From assembly GCA_963821435.1 (NCBI GenBank), contig CAWGDR010000004.1:878199-942198 (forward strand): a DNA stretch of 64,000 bases, written 5' to 3'. Each line of letters starts with the position of its first letter. Position 1 is the stretch's first letter. Both the position numbers and the translations under genes were made by a program. Under the pieces are notes generated by a model, which worked only from the letters and a program-made list of their open reading frames with translations, had not been told where the DNA came from and ran no database searches. Positions 40,634-49,885 of this stretch are shown here, in pieces. The DNA comes from an uncultured Acidobacteriota bacterium (lineage in GTDB: Bacteria > Acidobacteriota > Thermoanaerobaculia > UBA5066).

Positions 40634-41388
40634 TGGTCTGTGAAACGTGGGGCCGGCGACTCGATCGATACCTCGACGGGGAGCTCCCCGACTCAGACAT
40701 AACCGCGCTCGAGGCACACCTGAAGGGTTGCACGTCCTGCGCCACGGAAGCGCTGACCCGGCGCGAGCTGCAGCTCGCAATTCGGGAGGCCGGAGCGACG
40801 TTTAGGCCGAGCCCCACGTTTCGTGCCCGCGTGGAGCGGGCCGCGAGACGGCGGAGTCCGGCAACGCGCTCCGCGCTCTGGCTCTTGCCGCTCGCAGCGA
40901 CTCTTCTCGCCGGCGTCGCCCTCGTCGCGCTCCGCGGCGGGCGGGAAACGGCTGGGAACTTCGGATTGAGGGAGGCGGTCGACCTCCACGTCACCGAGCT
41001 CGCGAGCACCGTGCCGCCCGACGTCGTGTCTTCCGATTCGCACACCGTGAAGCCGTGGTTCGAGGGAAAGCTTCCGTTCACGTTCGATCTGCCGGAGCTT
41101 TCTCAATCCTCCTTTGAACTCCTGGGCGGACGGGTGGTCTGGATCGACCAGATGCCTGCGGCGCACCTCTTATTCCGCGTGCGCCGGCATCGCGTCTCCG
41201 TCTTCGTGCTACAGGAGGGGCCCGGCGCGACCCAGACCCTGCGCGACCTGGGGCCGGATACCAGGGTGCGGTCCTTCAGGGTGCTCTCCTTCGCCGATCG
41301 TGGCCTTCGGTATGTGATCGTTGCCGACACGGGCCCGGAGGACCTCGACGACCTCGCACACAGGCTGCGGGGAACGGGAGGAGCCTGA
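40630..41388 (+). CDS. Anti-sigma factor (zf-HC2 N-domain, single TM, periplasmic domain)
   Basis: LEAHLKGCTSCATE is a zf-HC2 motif. A TM helix (LWLLPLAATLLAGVALVAL) follows. ATG overlaps the sigma-factor stop (ATGA). Confidence 0.75.
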   Translation: MMVCETWGRRLDRYLDGELPDSDITALEAHLKGCTSCATEALTRRELQLAIREAGATFRPSPTFRARVERAARRRSPATRSALWLLPLAATLLAGVALVALRGGRETAGNFGLREAVDLHVTELASTVPPDVVSSDSHTVKPWFEGKLPFTFDLPELSQSSFELLGGRVVWIDQMPAAHLLFRVRRHRVSVFVLQEGPGATQTLRDLGPDTRVRSFRVLSFADRGLRYVIVADTGPEDLDDLAHRLRGTGGA

Positions 41389-41539
41389 GAGTCGCAACAT
41401 CAAGAGCCGCAGGGTACGAGCCTTCGGGGAAAGGGCGGCTGCAGGGTCAAGCAATGCGATGAGCGGGCGCCCGCGCGGGAAGGACATTCTTGGGCCCGCA
41501 ATCGCCGTCTAGTTGCGTGTCTCGAGAGCGGCTGAGAGC

Positions 41540-41625
41540 TGTGCCTCGCCAGAATCCCATATGGATGGCCGAACAGAGGCCTACATGCCTCAGCCGATTG
41601 AGGTTCTAGCGTTTCCCGAGACCTT
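41540..41625 (+). repeat. Repeat family X, copy 1 (fused to a module-2 fragment at 41515-41540)
   Basis: tgtgcctcgccagaatcccatatggatggccgaacagaggcctacatgcctcagccgattgaggttctagcg. About 80% identical to 53423-53503. Confidence 0.6.
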
Positions 41626-41761
41626 CTTCTTCTGGCTCGTTCTCGCCCTGAGGTGAAGGATGTCAGGGCTGGGAAGGCATTTGAGGCCCTGAAAGTGGCG
41701 GCGACCAAGGCGGAATAGCCAAGAGAGATCTCTGCGCTGGGGAGGAGTCCTGGTCCGCGCG

Positions 41762-42247
41762 AGTGGGGTAGCAGTTTCAGGGGCGTGACGCGAGGCCCGA
41801 GGTAACTGATTCATTGAGATGCGGTTGTAGGCTGAGAACGGGTTGACTGTTCTCTGTTCGGCCCGAGAACACGGTTCGTGTAGCCGACCGACTGGGGAGC
41901 CACTCATCTCCCCCGCGAACTTCAGCGAGGTCCGTGGTTAACAGATGCCCTGCGAGTTCCTTCGCGGGGTTTCGCGTCTAAAGGGCGTGTGGTGAGAAGG
42001 GTTTCCGCGCAAACGGTTGACGCGGGCCTGTTCTGGGCAGCTGGAACTGAGACCGCGAGTGACGCGCCAGAAGCCTCCCCTCGCCCTGCAAGCTGCTCTC
42101 AGACGCCTCGAAATGTCGAGAGCGGCTAAGACCGGTTAACAGGCAAGTCGAGGTGGCGTCGCGCTGGTTAACAGCCCGTGCCGCGTTGCGATCTGACTCT
42201 GGTCTCTAAACGCCGCAGCCCCCGGCAATTCCCATTGCGGCCCTACA
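41762..42247 (+). repeat. Composite att-like repeat, copy C (module 0, hairpin, core variant ctggggagcca at 41892-41902, modules 1 and 2, terminal REP 42218-42247)
   Basis: agtggggtagcagtttcagggg...ggctgagaacgggttgactgttctctgttcggcccgagaacacggttcgtgtagccgaccgactggggagccactcatctcccccgcgaacttcag...gtccgtggttaacagatgccctgcgagttccttcgcggggtttcgcgtctaaaggg...ctaagaccggttaacaggc...ctggttaacagcc...ctctggtctctaaacgccgcagcccccggcaattcccattgcggccctacagg. Confidence 0.85.
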
Positions 42248-42343
42248 GGTAAGGTCGCCGGGGCCCGTTCTTTACGGGCTCCCGGGACGGGCGAAGGCGG
42301 CTACCATCGCCAGCTGCTCTCGAGAAGCAGGTCAATGAATGGC

Positions 42344-43951
42344 CTACGAAGCCGCGCCTCCCGGCGGCGCGGCGTCAAGACTAGCCGAAGAGCAAAGTCG
42401 GCCTATGCGCACTTCGGCCTCCTTCTCGCCCTCCCACTCGTGCGTGAACATGCCCACGAGCTGGTCCTGTTCGGCGAGAAGTTGATCCATGTCCGAAGTC
42501 AGAACCGCCGCAAGGAATGATTCGAGAGTGCTGATCGTGAGTGAGTTCGTCTCGCGAGTGATGGCTTTCAAAGCGCCGGCTATCGGCGACGTCCGAGTCT
42601 CTCGCCGAAAGCAGGCCTCGAGGCGGCGCTCGAAGTCCAGCCGCTGCAGGAGCGCAACGATGCCATCGGAGGCGAAGTTTCGCCGGAAGAACGCTCTTTG
42701 AACGAGAAACTCGAACCAATCCAATCTTGGATCGCCGAGACCGTAATCGGGGCAGGTAACCGTGCCCCGGAGGCGGCCCTCATGGCGGAGTCGGGACTCG
42801 ATGGGCGTTCCGGCGTATGGCAGCATCTTGCAGAAATTGATTGGAAAGTAGCCGTCGTCACCGGCGATGCGAAGGAACTCGATATTGCTCCGGACCGAGT
42901 CAATTGTGGAGGAGGGATCAAAGAGCATGAAGCCGATTGCCAGGGCGACGTCGTGGTGCTTGAGCAGCTCGATCGCCGAGAGATTCTGAGCGACCGTAGT
43001 GCGCTTGTTGAGGCACCGCAGGCCCGTCGCATTCCCTGACTCGACGCCTAGATACACTGCGATCAGGCCATGTTCCATCATGAGCGCGAGGCGATCCGAT
43101 TCGAGGTCATCGACGCGGCAGGAGATCTTCCAAGCCACCTTTCCTGCAAGGCCCGAGCGTGAGAGGTCCGCTAGAAATGTGTTCATCCAGATCCGCTGCG
43201 ATGGTGACCGGGCTGCAAAGTCGTCGTCCTGAAAGGAGAAGAAGCGGACATTCTTCTCGTTATAGAGGCGGAGCATTTCGTCCACGACTGCCTGCGGTGA
43301 ACGTACGCGCCGCAGGTCGCCTTCCGACGCACCATAGAACTGTCTGATACTGCAGAAGGCGCAGTCGAAAAGGCAGCCACGACTGGCCAGCATTGCGGCC
43401 ATGTTTATGCCGTCGGCGATTTGCTGGGGTTCGTCTCGATGAAGGAGAGGTAGAGCGTCCAGGTCAGGCAGCAGGGGGCGGGGGCGGGTGATCGTGATCT
43501 TGTCGCCGGCCCGAAACGCGAGGCCTGCAATCCGCCCCCAGCTCTCGGGAGTGTCCAGGCTTGCGAGAAGTTCCAGAAGCGTTATCTCACCCTCAAACCG
43601 GACGATGCTGTCGAGTTCCGGCATAAGGGTCAGCGTGTCCTCGGGCCGAAGGCTGGGGAAGTGGCCGCCCGCGGTGAAGTGAACGGAGACACCGCTCTCC
43701 CGGAGAAGGCGCATGAGGGAGCCGAATTCGTCGAGGGAGTACTGGAAAATGAGGGAGAAGCCTACCAAGCGGGGCTTGAAGCGCTGGACCGCATGCAGGA
43801 CGGCCTGATCGTTGCCGGGGCTGAATGGTACGAGAACCGCTGTGAGGCCATGGGCTCGTAGATAGGCAATGATCGAACGGAGGCCGAGGTTTTCCTGGCG
43901 CTCGTAACCGATTAGTACGACGTCGGCTGCGGAAGTGTCGCGTAGGTTCAT
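42344..43951 (-). CDS. B12-binding domain radical SAM enzyme (class B rSAM)
   Basis: N-terminal cobalamin-binding Rossmann-like domain. Radical SAM cluster motif ASRGCLFDCAFCS (CxxxCxxC). About 150-aa C-terminal extension. Confidence 0.85.
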   Translation of the reverse strand: MNLRDTSAADVVLIGYERQENLGLRSIIAYLRAHGLTAVLVPFSPGNDQAVLHAVQRFKPRLVGFSLIFQYSLDEFGSLMRLLRESGVSVHFTAGGHFPSLRPEDTLTLMPELDSIVRFEGEITLLELLASLDTPESWGRIAGLAFRAGDKITITRPRPLLPDLDALPLLHRDEPQQIADGINMAAMLASRGCLFDCAFCSIRQFYGASEGDLRRVRSPQAVVDEMLRLYNEKNVRFFSFQDDDFAARSPSQRIWMNTFLADLSRSGLAGKVAWKISCRVDDLESDRLALMMEHGLIAVYLGVESGNATGLRCLNKRTTVAQNLSAIELLKHHDVALAIGFMLFDPSSTIDSVRSNIEFLRIAGDDGYFPINFCKMLPYAGTPIESRLRHEGRLRGTVTCPDYGLGDPRLDWFEFLVQRAFFRRNFASDGIVALLQRLDFERRLEACFRRETRTSPIAGALKAITRETNSLTISTLESFLAAVLTSDMDQLLAEQDQLVGMFTHEWEGEKEAEVRIGRLCSSASLDAAPPGGAAS

Positions 43952-44069
43952 GGTGTCACCCCGCTCAGGAAGGCGATTCGCGATGACGGCGAGCGCCGGG
44001 AGGCAAAGCGTTGGCGGCAGGCATGCTCACGGTCCGGGTGTCAGAGCCTGCCGCCAACGAGTGAAGTCG

Positions 44070-44273
44070 CTACTTGATGGGCATGTTCAGGATGCCGGCG
44101 AGATCCCTCACTTTCTCGGCCTGAATTGTGGCGATCTGAGTGTTCAGCTTCGTCTGGACTTCGTTGAACTTTGCGACGCGTTCCTTATCCAGACTGAACC
44201 ACCACGGAATCGGATCCCAGGGAATCGGTTTGTGCAGCAGAAGGAAGAGATTCTGAAGCTGCAGTTCGGTCAT
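44070..44273 (-). CDS. Small Trp/Pro-rich protein (67 aa) directly upstream of the rSAM gene
   Basis: MTELQLQNLFLLLHKPIPWDPIPWWFSLDKERVAKFNEVQTKLNTQIATIQAEKVRDLAGILNMPIK. GAGG 9 nt upstream. 118-bp gap to the rSAM start on the same strand. Confidence 0.4.
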   Translation of the reverse strand: MTELQLQNLFLLLHKPIPWDPIPWWFSLDKERVAKFNEVQTKLNTQIATIQAEKVRDLAGILNMPIK

Positions 44274-44816
44274 TGTGAACGACCTCAGGCTAGAGGAAGC
44301 TGCCCGATACGCGCCAACCCGGTACCGGGTTCAAACGGGTGAGGGAGGGTTGGCTCCCGACCACGACAGCGGTATCACCTCCTTTCATGCCGGCCGCCGG
44401 AGGCGCAGCTGCCGCGTACGGGAAGGAGTCGTGCCGAGCCCCGGTCAGCAGTGAAGAAAGGTCAACCAGCGGCGGCCAGCAGGACGATCGGCCGGGCGAA
44501 GTGTCCGACAAGCCGGCGCCAACGAGATGACGGCGTAGAGTCCCGATGAAAGGGGCTGCTATGCGGATGGCGGTCCATGGGTGGCTCCTGTCCAGGTGAT
44601 GGGAGCTGATAGGCCCTTCAAACGGCGTTTTGTAGCGAAGGTGGAACGAATCCACTCGAAGCTGAATACTCCGATAGAACGTGGGGTGATCTCCGCTCTC
44701 GGTCAAGGGCTGGAAGGCACTAGACGTTGCTTTCGCGGACAAATGCCAGCGACAAACCTGGTCAGTGGGCGAATTAGCCCGGGATCGCTGGCACAGACGC
44801 CAAACGCCATCGCCTC

Positions 44817-44843
44817 GAGGGGTGCAATGGGAGTTGCGGCCCG
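44817..44843 (-). repeat. REP-like hairpin element
   Basis: gaggggtgcaatgggagttgcggcccg. Confidence 0.55.
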
Positions 44844-45033
44844 TCTTGGCGCGCAGAAAGCAGGGTGTCGCTTTCTCTCCTCCCCTCGGCGCGCATACGT
44901 TAGCTAACGGCAGCGCCCTCCGCTGATCTTCGTGACGGCCCTCCAGGCTGCTGTTCGAACGAGCACCACCTCCAGCAGCATGGCCAGGACCGTACTTGGA
45001 TCAACTCGGCCGTGATCCGGACCCGGCCCGCAC

Positions 45034-45666
45034 GTGCGGGCGAACCGCTGTCAGCGATTCATCACGGTGCTCGTCGCGCCGCGGGTCTACCTTCGCGGAA
45101 AGGTGCCGGGGTTCGACAAGACCGTCTCGTACGAGGACCTCATTAACCACTTCGAGTGCGCCGACGTCGTGCCCGCGCGCACCCACTTCAAGACGGCGGT
45201 GCTCCGCGGGGCGATCGAGAAGGCGATCCTTGGCTATCAGTTCGAGGAGGACGCGCCTGTCACGCAGTTCTGGAAGCGGTACTGGGAGCGTTCTCAGACG
45301 CTCGCGCCCGATCTAGACATGAAGAAGCCCGTGGGCCTGCCGGCATCATCCAGCTTCGTCTACTTTCGGCCCGGGCGGATGCCGAGAGGGAGCTATCTCG
45401 TTCACAAGATGGCCCACGGCCTTATCGACATTCAGTTCGATGGTATGGCGGAGAAGCTGAGCGAGCTGCGTGCGCATTACGGGCCTTCGCTTGAGTCAAG
45501 TATGCGGATCACGCGAGCGGCGAAATCGGGTGTAGTCCGGATCGACGTTCCGAAACTTCGCCCGACGTACGATGCCGAGGAACAACTCGAGAAGATTGAT
45601 GAATGCCTGCGCCAGGCGACGGAGTTTCTCGCGTGGTTCCGTCGCGTGAGAAAGCGGGCTGACTGA
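45034..45666 (+). CDS. Hypothetical protein, no recognisable domain (GTG start uncertain)
   Basis: Good coding pattern in 210 codons (moderate GC; Lys/Glu/Phe/Tyr content atypical for GC-frame artefacts). Confidence 0.45.
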   Translation: MRANRCQRFITVLVAPRVYLRGKVPGFDKTVSYEDLINHFECADVVPARTHFKTAVLRGAIEKAILGYQFEEDAPVTQFWKRYWERSQTLAPDLDMKKPVGLPASSSFVYFRPGRMPRGSYLVHKMAHGLIDIQFDGMAEKLSELRAHYGPSLESSMRITRAAKSGVVRIDVPKLRPTYDAEEQLEKIDECLRQATEFLAWFRRVRKRAD

Positions 45667-45783
45667 CGCGGCGGGCACGAGCAAGGCCGCCGCAACGCGG
45701 GCCTGGACAGCTTACGAGTAGATTGATTAATCCACGGGTTGACGGCCCGCGTCGTGGTGCGGCTTGGCCCCTGTCGTGACGCG

Positions 45784-45831
45784 CGACAGTCACCGGTAAT
45801 TGCCATTGCGCCCCTGCACGCCCCTGCACAG
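45784..45831 (+). repeat. REP-like element with duplicated gcccctgcac tail
   Basis: cgacagtcaccggtaattgccattgcgcccctgcacgcccctgcacag. Confidence 0.55.
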
Positions 45832-45860
45832 TCCAGCGTCTGGAATGGTAGAATCATGCC

Positions 45861-46106
45861 ATGAGATCTGCCATAGATTCTGTCGGACGCGTCGTGATCC
45901 CGAAGGCGCTCCGGGACCGCCTCGGGCTCGGACGCGGACGGGCCATCGAGATCAGCGAACACGACGGGAAAATCGAGATCGAGCCGCTCTCGACCCCCAT
46001 GTCGCTCGTGGGCCGCCGTGGAAGGTCGGTCGCCGTGCCACAGGGCCGCCTGCCGGCGCTCACCGATGAGGTCGTGCGCGCCACCATCGAGCGCTCCCGC
46101 CGGTGA
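45861..46106 (+). CDS. vapB: Type II antitoxin, AbrB/MazE/SpoVT fold (VapB-like)
   Basis: MRSAIDSVGRVVIPKALRDRLGL..GRAIEI is a swapped-hairpin beta-barrel DNA-binding motif. Overlaps the PIN gene by 4 bp. Confidence 0.8.
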   Translation: MRSAIDSVGRVVIPKALRDRLGLGRGRAIEISEHDGKIEIEPLSTPMSLVGRRGRSVAVPQGRLPALTDEVVRATIERSRR

Positions 46107-46507
46107 TTGCCATCGACACCAGTGTCGTCGTCGCCGGCTTCGCGTCGTGGCACGAGGGCCATGGTCCCGCGGCCGCCGTCTTGAGCAGAGGCCCGCGTGT
46201 CCCGGCCCACGTCCTGGTCGAAACGTACTCTGTCCTCACGCGCCTCCCGCCGCCGCACAGGGCGCCCTCAGATATCGTCACGGCCTTTCTCGCGCAGCGA
46301 TTCCGTCAAACCCCTTTGACGCTCGCGCCCCGGGCCTGGCTGAGGCTTCTGGATCAGGCCGCCGAGCTCGGCGTCACCGGCGGTGCCGTGTATGACGCTC
46401 TCGTCGCGGCAACGGCTCGTCACGCGGGAGCTACCCTGCTGACGCGCGACCGGCGCGCCATCGCCGTCTACGAGAAGATGGGCGTTGCGTACGAGCTTGT
46501 CTTCTGA
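46103..46507 (+). CDS. vapC: PIN-domain toxin VapC
   Basis: MIAIDTSVVVA... (first acidic D), ...YDALVAATA... (conserved D), ...LLTRDRR (third D). About 134 aa. Confidence 0.85.
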   Translation: MIAIDTSVVVAGFASWHEGHGPAAAVLSRGPRVPAHVLVETYSVLTRLPPPHRAPSDIVTAFLAQRFRQTPLTLAPRAWLRLLDQAAELGVTGGAVYDALVAATARHAGATLLTRDRRAIAVYEKMGVAYELVF

Positions 46508-46537
46508 CCGGTTCCGGGGCAAGAAGACCGCGGAACC

Positions 46538-46710
46538 GAAAACGAGTTGAATCGCAGTTCTCCAAACAGAGAACGGTTTCGCGCATCCGACCGACTTCGG
46601 AGCCACTCATTTTCCCCGCGAACTTGAGATGCGTTCGCGGTTAACACGTACCCCGCGAGATCCCTCGCGGGGTTTCGTGCCTAAAGGGCGTGTAGTCAGA
46701 AGGGATTCCG
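46538..46710 (+). repeat. Composite att-like repeat, copy G (hairpin, core variant cttcggagcca at 46595-46605, module 1 only)
   Basis: gaaaacgagttgaatcgcagttctccaaacagagaacggtttcgcgcatccgaccgacttcggagccactcattttccccgcgaacttgagatgcgttcgcggttaacacgtaccccgcgagatccctcgcggggtttcgtgcctaaagggcgtgtagtcagaagggattccgcg. Confidence 0.75.
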
Positions 46711-46780
46711 CGCGGTGTGCCGGATCGCGCTCGAAGGTCCCCGAGGCACTGTAGACGTACACGCGGACGCGGCCCGGGAT

Positions 46781-48856
46781 TCACCGCCGCGGACGCTCGA
46801 TCAGCACGATGTCCGACTGTTCCTGCGTCCGTTCCAGGACGATCTCTCTCCCATCCGGAGAGACGTCGAAGTCGCATACGTCGAAGTCCGGGGCGAGAGC
46901 GGTGACCTGATGTTCGGCGCCGCCCGCCAGGTCGACGAGCCACAGGTCCTTGTGACTGATCTTTCCACGCAGGACCAGGAGCGACCGGCCCTGCGGCATG
47001 AAAGCGACGTGTCTCGCGCCTCGGGTCAGCGTCAAGGCGGGCTGAGGATACGCGCTGGCGTCGGCCCGGACCGCCTTGACCGGGAACGTCGTGCCGACGT
47101 CTGCCCCCGAGAACGCCACGATCTCGCCATCGGGAGACCACGCCGGGTCGCGGGAGTGCTCGGTCAGAAACGACGTCGGGGGACGACCGTCCAGCGGAAC
47201 GACGAACAGGTGCGGGATCCTTTCCGTAACGGCGGTCACCGTCAGGGAGTCCCCGTCCGGCGCCCATGCTGGAGCACCTTGCAGCTCGAGCGCACTCGTG
47301 ACGATTCGCGCGTCTGTGCCGTCCGCATTGACGACGTAAAGCGACGTGCTTCCGCCCTGCCTCACCGAGAACGCGATGCGACGTCCATCTCGCCGGATCT
47401 CGGGAGCCCCGATGATGCGTGCCTCCGTCGCGCTCCAGAGCTCGGTGGACGCGCCCGCCTGCAGCTTCCAGATGCTGTCGCTGGCGCCCTTCGAGGAGAC
47501 GTACAACAGGAACCCGGGACCCAACCTGGGGAATCTGCCGTCGCCGGTGGTCAGCGAGATCCGGCGGGCGTCCGACATTTCGGCTCGCGTGCCGGCGATC
47601 GGCACGCGCCAGAGCGTGCTCTTCGGGCTCGCCAACGTTGCCACGATGCGCAGGCCGTCGGCGCTCGCTGCGAGCGAGGTATAGCTGTCGACGCCCGGAC
47701 CGACGCGGCCGGGCCTGCGCCCATCGGCGTCGACGGCGTAGATCCAGGGCCCGGAGCCGCCCGAGTCGGTCGCGAGGTAGAGCAGCGTCCGGGCGTCCAG
47801 GAAGACCGGGTGGCTCACCATCGCGTCATGGTGGGTGATCCGTTCGGGCGCGCCTCCTGCCGGCCTGATGCGCCAGAGGTCCAGGTGGTCGGGCAGCGAG
47901 CCCTGGACGAAGTAGACGAACGCGTCGTCCGGAGACCAGCGGAGGAAGTGACCGTGGAGACCGGGGGGGGCGGAGAAGATCTGGCGCGCGTCCGACGGCC
48001 GGCCTGAATCGCGCACGAACATCGGATCGCCGGGCCCGGGCGTGTGGTAGACGAGACGTACGCCTTCGCGGGACCAGTCGAACTCGGAGACGCCCTCCAG
48101 ATAGGGGCGTGGCTGTCCGCCGAGGAGCGGTACCGCGAAGACGCTGATGTCTTGCTGACTCGAGCCGCCATGCACACGCGCCCAATACGTCACGAGGCTC
48201 CCATCGGGTGAGAACCCCAGCGTTCGGACCGACGAGTTGACGATCTCCGGGGCGGCACCGTGGGTCAGGTTGATGAACTGACCCGTTCCAACCTGCGTCA
48301 CCCAGACGTCCATCCGCCCGTCGCGGTCGGACTGAAATGCCACGAACCTCCCGTCGCGCGAGATCGTCGCGGCCTGCTCGATCCCGTCGAAGTCGGCCAA
48401 CCTCAGGGAGCGGGAGCCGGCCAGCGGGGCCTCCCGCGTGGACTCGCGCTTCTGCAATTGCCAGAGGGTCGCGGCTGCCGCAAGAACGGCCGCCGCCGCG
48501 CCCAGCAGCCAGATGGGAAGCCGCCGGGGCCCCACCGCCGCGCCGGCCGGCTTGAGATCGCGCTCGGCCTCCGCATTCACCCCGTGCTGCCGTGCCGGCT
48601 GGCCTTCCGTGACGGGTTGCGCCCGGTCCTGGGCGGCCTCGGCGGCGACCACGGTCAGGCTTCTGCTACTCGCCCAGGCGTCGACCTCGGCCCGAAACGC
48701 ATAGACCGACCCCATCTTGTCGTGAAGGTGACGGTGGACCGGTAGCCCTTCCCGCTTCTCCCATCGCTGCACCGTGGTGACGTCGCGCTTCAGATACGCG
48801 GCGATCTCCTTCCACGAATCAAGCCGGTCCGCCGGCGGGTGTTTGGCGTCGGCCAT
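46781..48856 (-). CDS. Transcriptional regulator: N-terminal winged-helix (OmpR/trans_reg_C-like), TM helix, periplasmic TolB-like beta-propeller (PD40 repeats)
   Basis: DSWKEIAAYLKRDVTTVQRWEKREGLPVHR is wHTH-like. TM segment PIWLLGAAAAVLAAAATLW. Repeated WSPDG/FSPDG PD40 motifs. Confidence 0.8.
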   Translation of the reverse strand: MADAKHPPADRLDSWKEIAAYLKRDVTTVQRWEKREGLPVHRHLHDKMGSVYAFRAEVDAWASSRSLTVVAAEAAQDRAQPVTEGQPARQHGVNAEAERDLKPAGAAVGPRRLPIWLLGAAAAVLAAAATLWQLQKRESTREAPLAGSRSLRLADFDGIEQAATISRDGRFVAFQSDRDGRMDVWVTQVGTGQFINLTHGAAPEIVNSSVRTLGFSPDGSLVTYWARVHGGSSQQDISVFAVPLLGGQPRPYLEGVSEFDWSREGVRLVYHTPGPGDPMFVRDSGRPSDARQIFSAPPGLHGHFLRWSPDDAFVYFVQGSLPDHLDLWRIRPAGGAPERITHHDAMVSHPVFLDARTLLYLATDSGGSGPWIYAVDADGRRPGRVGPGVDSYTSLAASADGLRIVATLASPKSTLWRVPIAGTRAEMSDARRISLTTGDGRFPRLGPGFLLYVSSKGASDSIWKLQAGASTELWSATEARIIGAPEIRRDGRRIAFSVRQGGSTSLYVVNADGTDARIVTSALELQGAPAWAPDGDSLTVTAVTERIPHLFVVPLDGRPPTSFLTEHSRDPAWSPDGEIVAFSGADVGTTFPVKAVRADASAYPQPALTLTRGARHVAFMPQGRSLLVLRGKISHKDLWLVDLAGGAEHQVTALAPDFDVCDFDVSPDGREIVLERTQEQSDIVLIERPRR

Positions 48857-49048
48857 GCCTGCTTCAGCCTAGCCCAAGCCTGGAATCAGGGGAAGGCGTT
48901 CTCTCTCCAGGGCCAGTTCGCGGCAATCGACGGCATCCCGAGGCGATTCGACGCATCCCGCGAGGTCGCCGTGGAATGCCCCTGGACGCGCCTGAGTCGC
49001 AGTCCCAAATTGGCGAACGGCTCGCAGGAGCCGAAAAAGGAGGTCCTC

Positions 49049-49576
49049 ATGCGAAAGATTCTGAAGTCGGCACTGATCCTGGTGGCAGCCCTCTGCGCCG
49101 GGAGCATCCGGGCAACGCCACCGTCCGGATTTGCGGGGACGACCCTCGCCCTGGGTCGTTTCGGCAACATTTCCGTCAAGCTCCGTGCGTTCCTGCCCGA
49201 GAGCGCCCGGTCCGGGGAGCACGAGGAGGACGACGACGCCTTCTGGTCCTCGATCCAGCGGACGCGGGGAGACTCCGATCTGTACGTGCAGAACAACGTC
49301 TGGGCGCCGGGCGGAACTACCGGCTGGCACAGTCACCCGGGGCACAGCCTGATCATCGTCACCTCCGGCGCCGTGACCGCCTACGAGGCCGACGATCCGT
49401 CCTGCACACCTCGCGTCTACACGGTTGGGATGGGCTTCGTCGATCATGGCGGCGACCACGTGCACGTCGTCAGGAACGAGGGGTCGGTGGAGGCGCGAAC
49501 GGTCGCGGTGCAGCTGGTTCCGGCCGGCGCCACGAGGCGAATCGACGCCGTGGCTCCTTTCGCCTGCGGGTTCTGA
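49049..49576 (+). CDS. Secreted cupin-domain protein
   Basis: AAAAAGGAGG RBS and signal peptide. Cupin motifs G.TGWHSHPGHSLIIVTSG...HVV.NEG. Confidence 0.7.
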   Translation: MRKILKSALILVAALCAGSIRATPPSGFAGTTLALGRFGNISVKLRAFLPESARSGEHEEDDDAFWSSIQRTRGDSDLYVQNNVWAPGGTTGWHSHPGHSLIIVTSGAVTAYEADDPSCTPRVYTVGMGFVDHGGDHVHVVRNEGSVEARTVAVQLVPAGATRRIDAVAPFACGF

Positions 49577-49765
49577 CGACGGGCTCCACTTTCAGGGTGT
49601 GACGAACAGACGGGAGCCGGAACGTAACAGGCTGTCAGCTGCGGCGCTGGCAGCCGTTTTCGTTTCTCAGTTCGGGGTTGAGAGAGGGGCGGATTTTCGC
49701 TCGCGCGGTTATCCGCAATTCCCTCGGCGGGAATCGACAAGCCGGGCGCGCGTATCGAGAATAGC

Positions 49766-49796
49766 CTGTAGGGGCGCGATGGGAATCACGGCGCCC
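49766..49796 (-). repeat. REP-like hairpin element
   Basis: ctgtaggggcgcgatgggaatcacggcgccc. Confidence 0.55.
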
Positions 49797-49885
49797 GTTA
49801 GCGAGCCCAGACGAGCGGCATCTACCACCATGAAGCCTCCGGGTGGGCACACGTCGAGCGACGTTGCCCCTCGGGTGATGACCTT

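Noticed and set aside
44290-44742. ORF 44290..44742 (-) as a gene between the small Trp-rich ORF and the unknown 210-aa protein
   Set aside because: It has no RBS and low-complexity translation, and it contains a REP copy. It is probably non-coding spacer.
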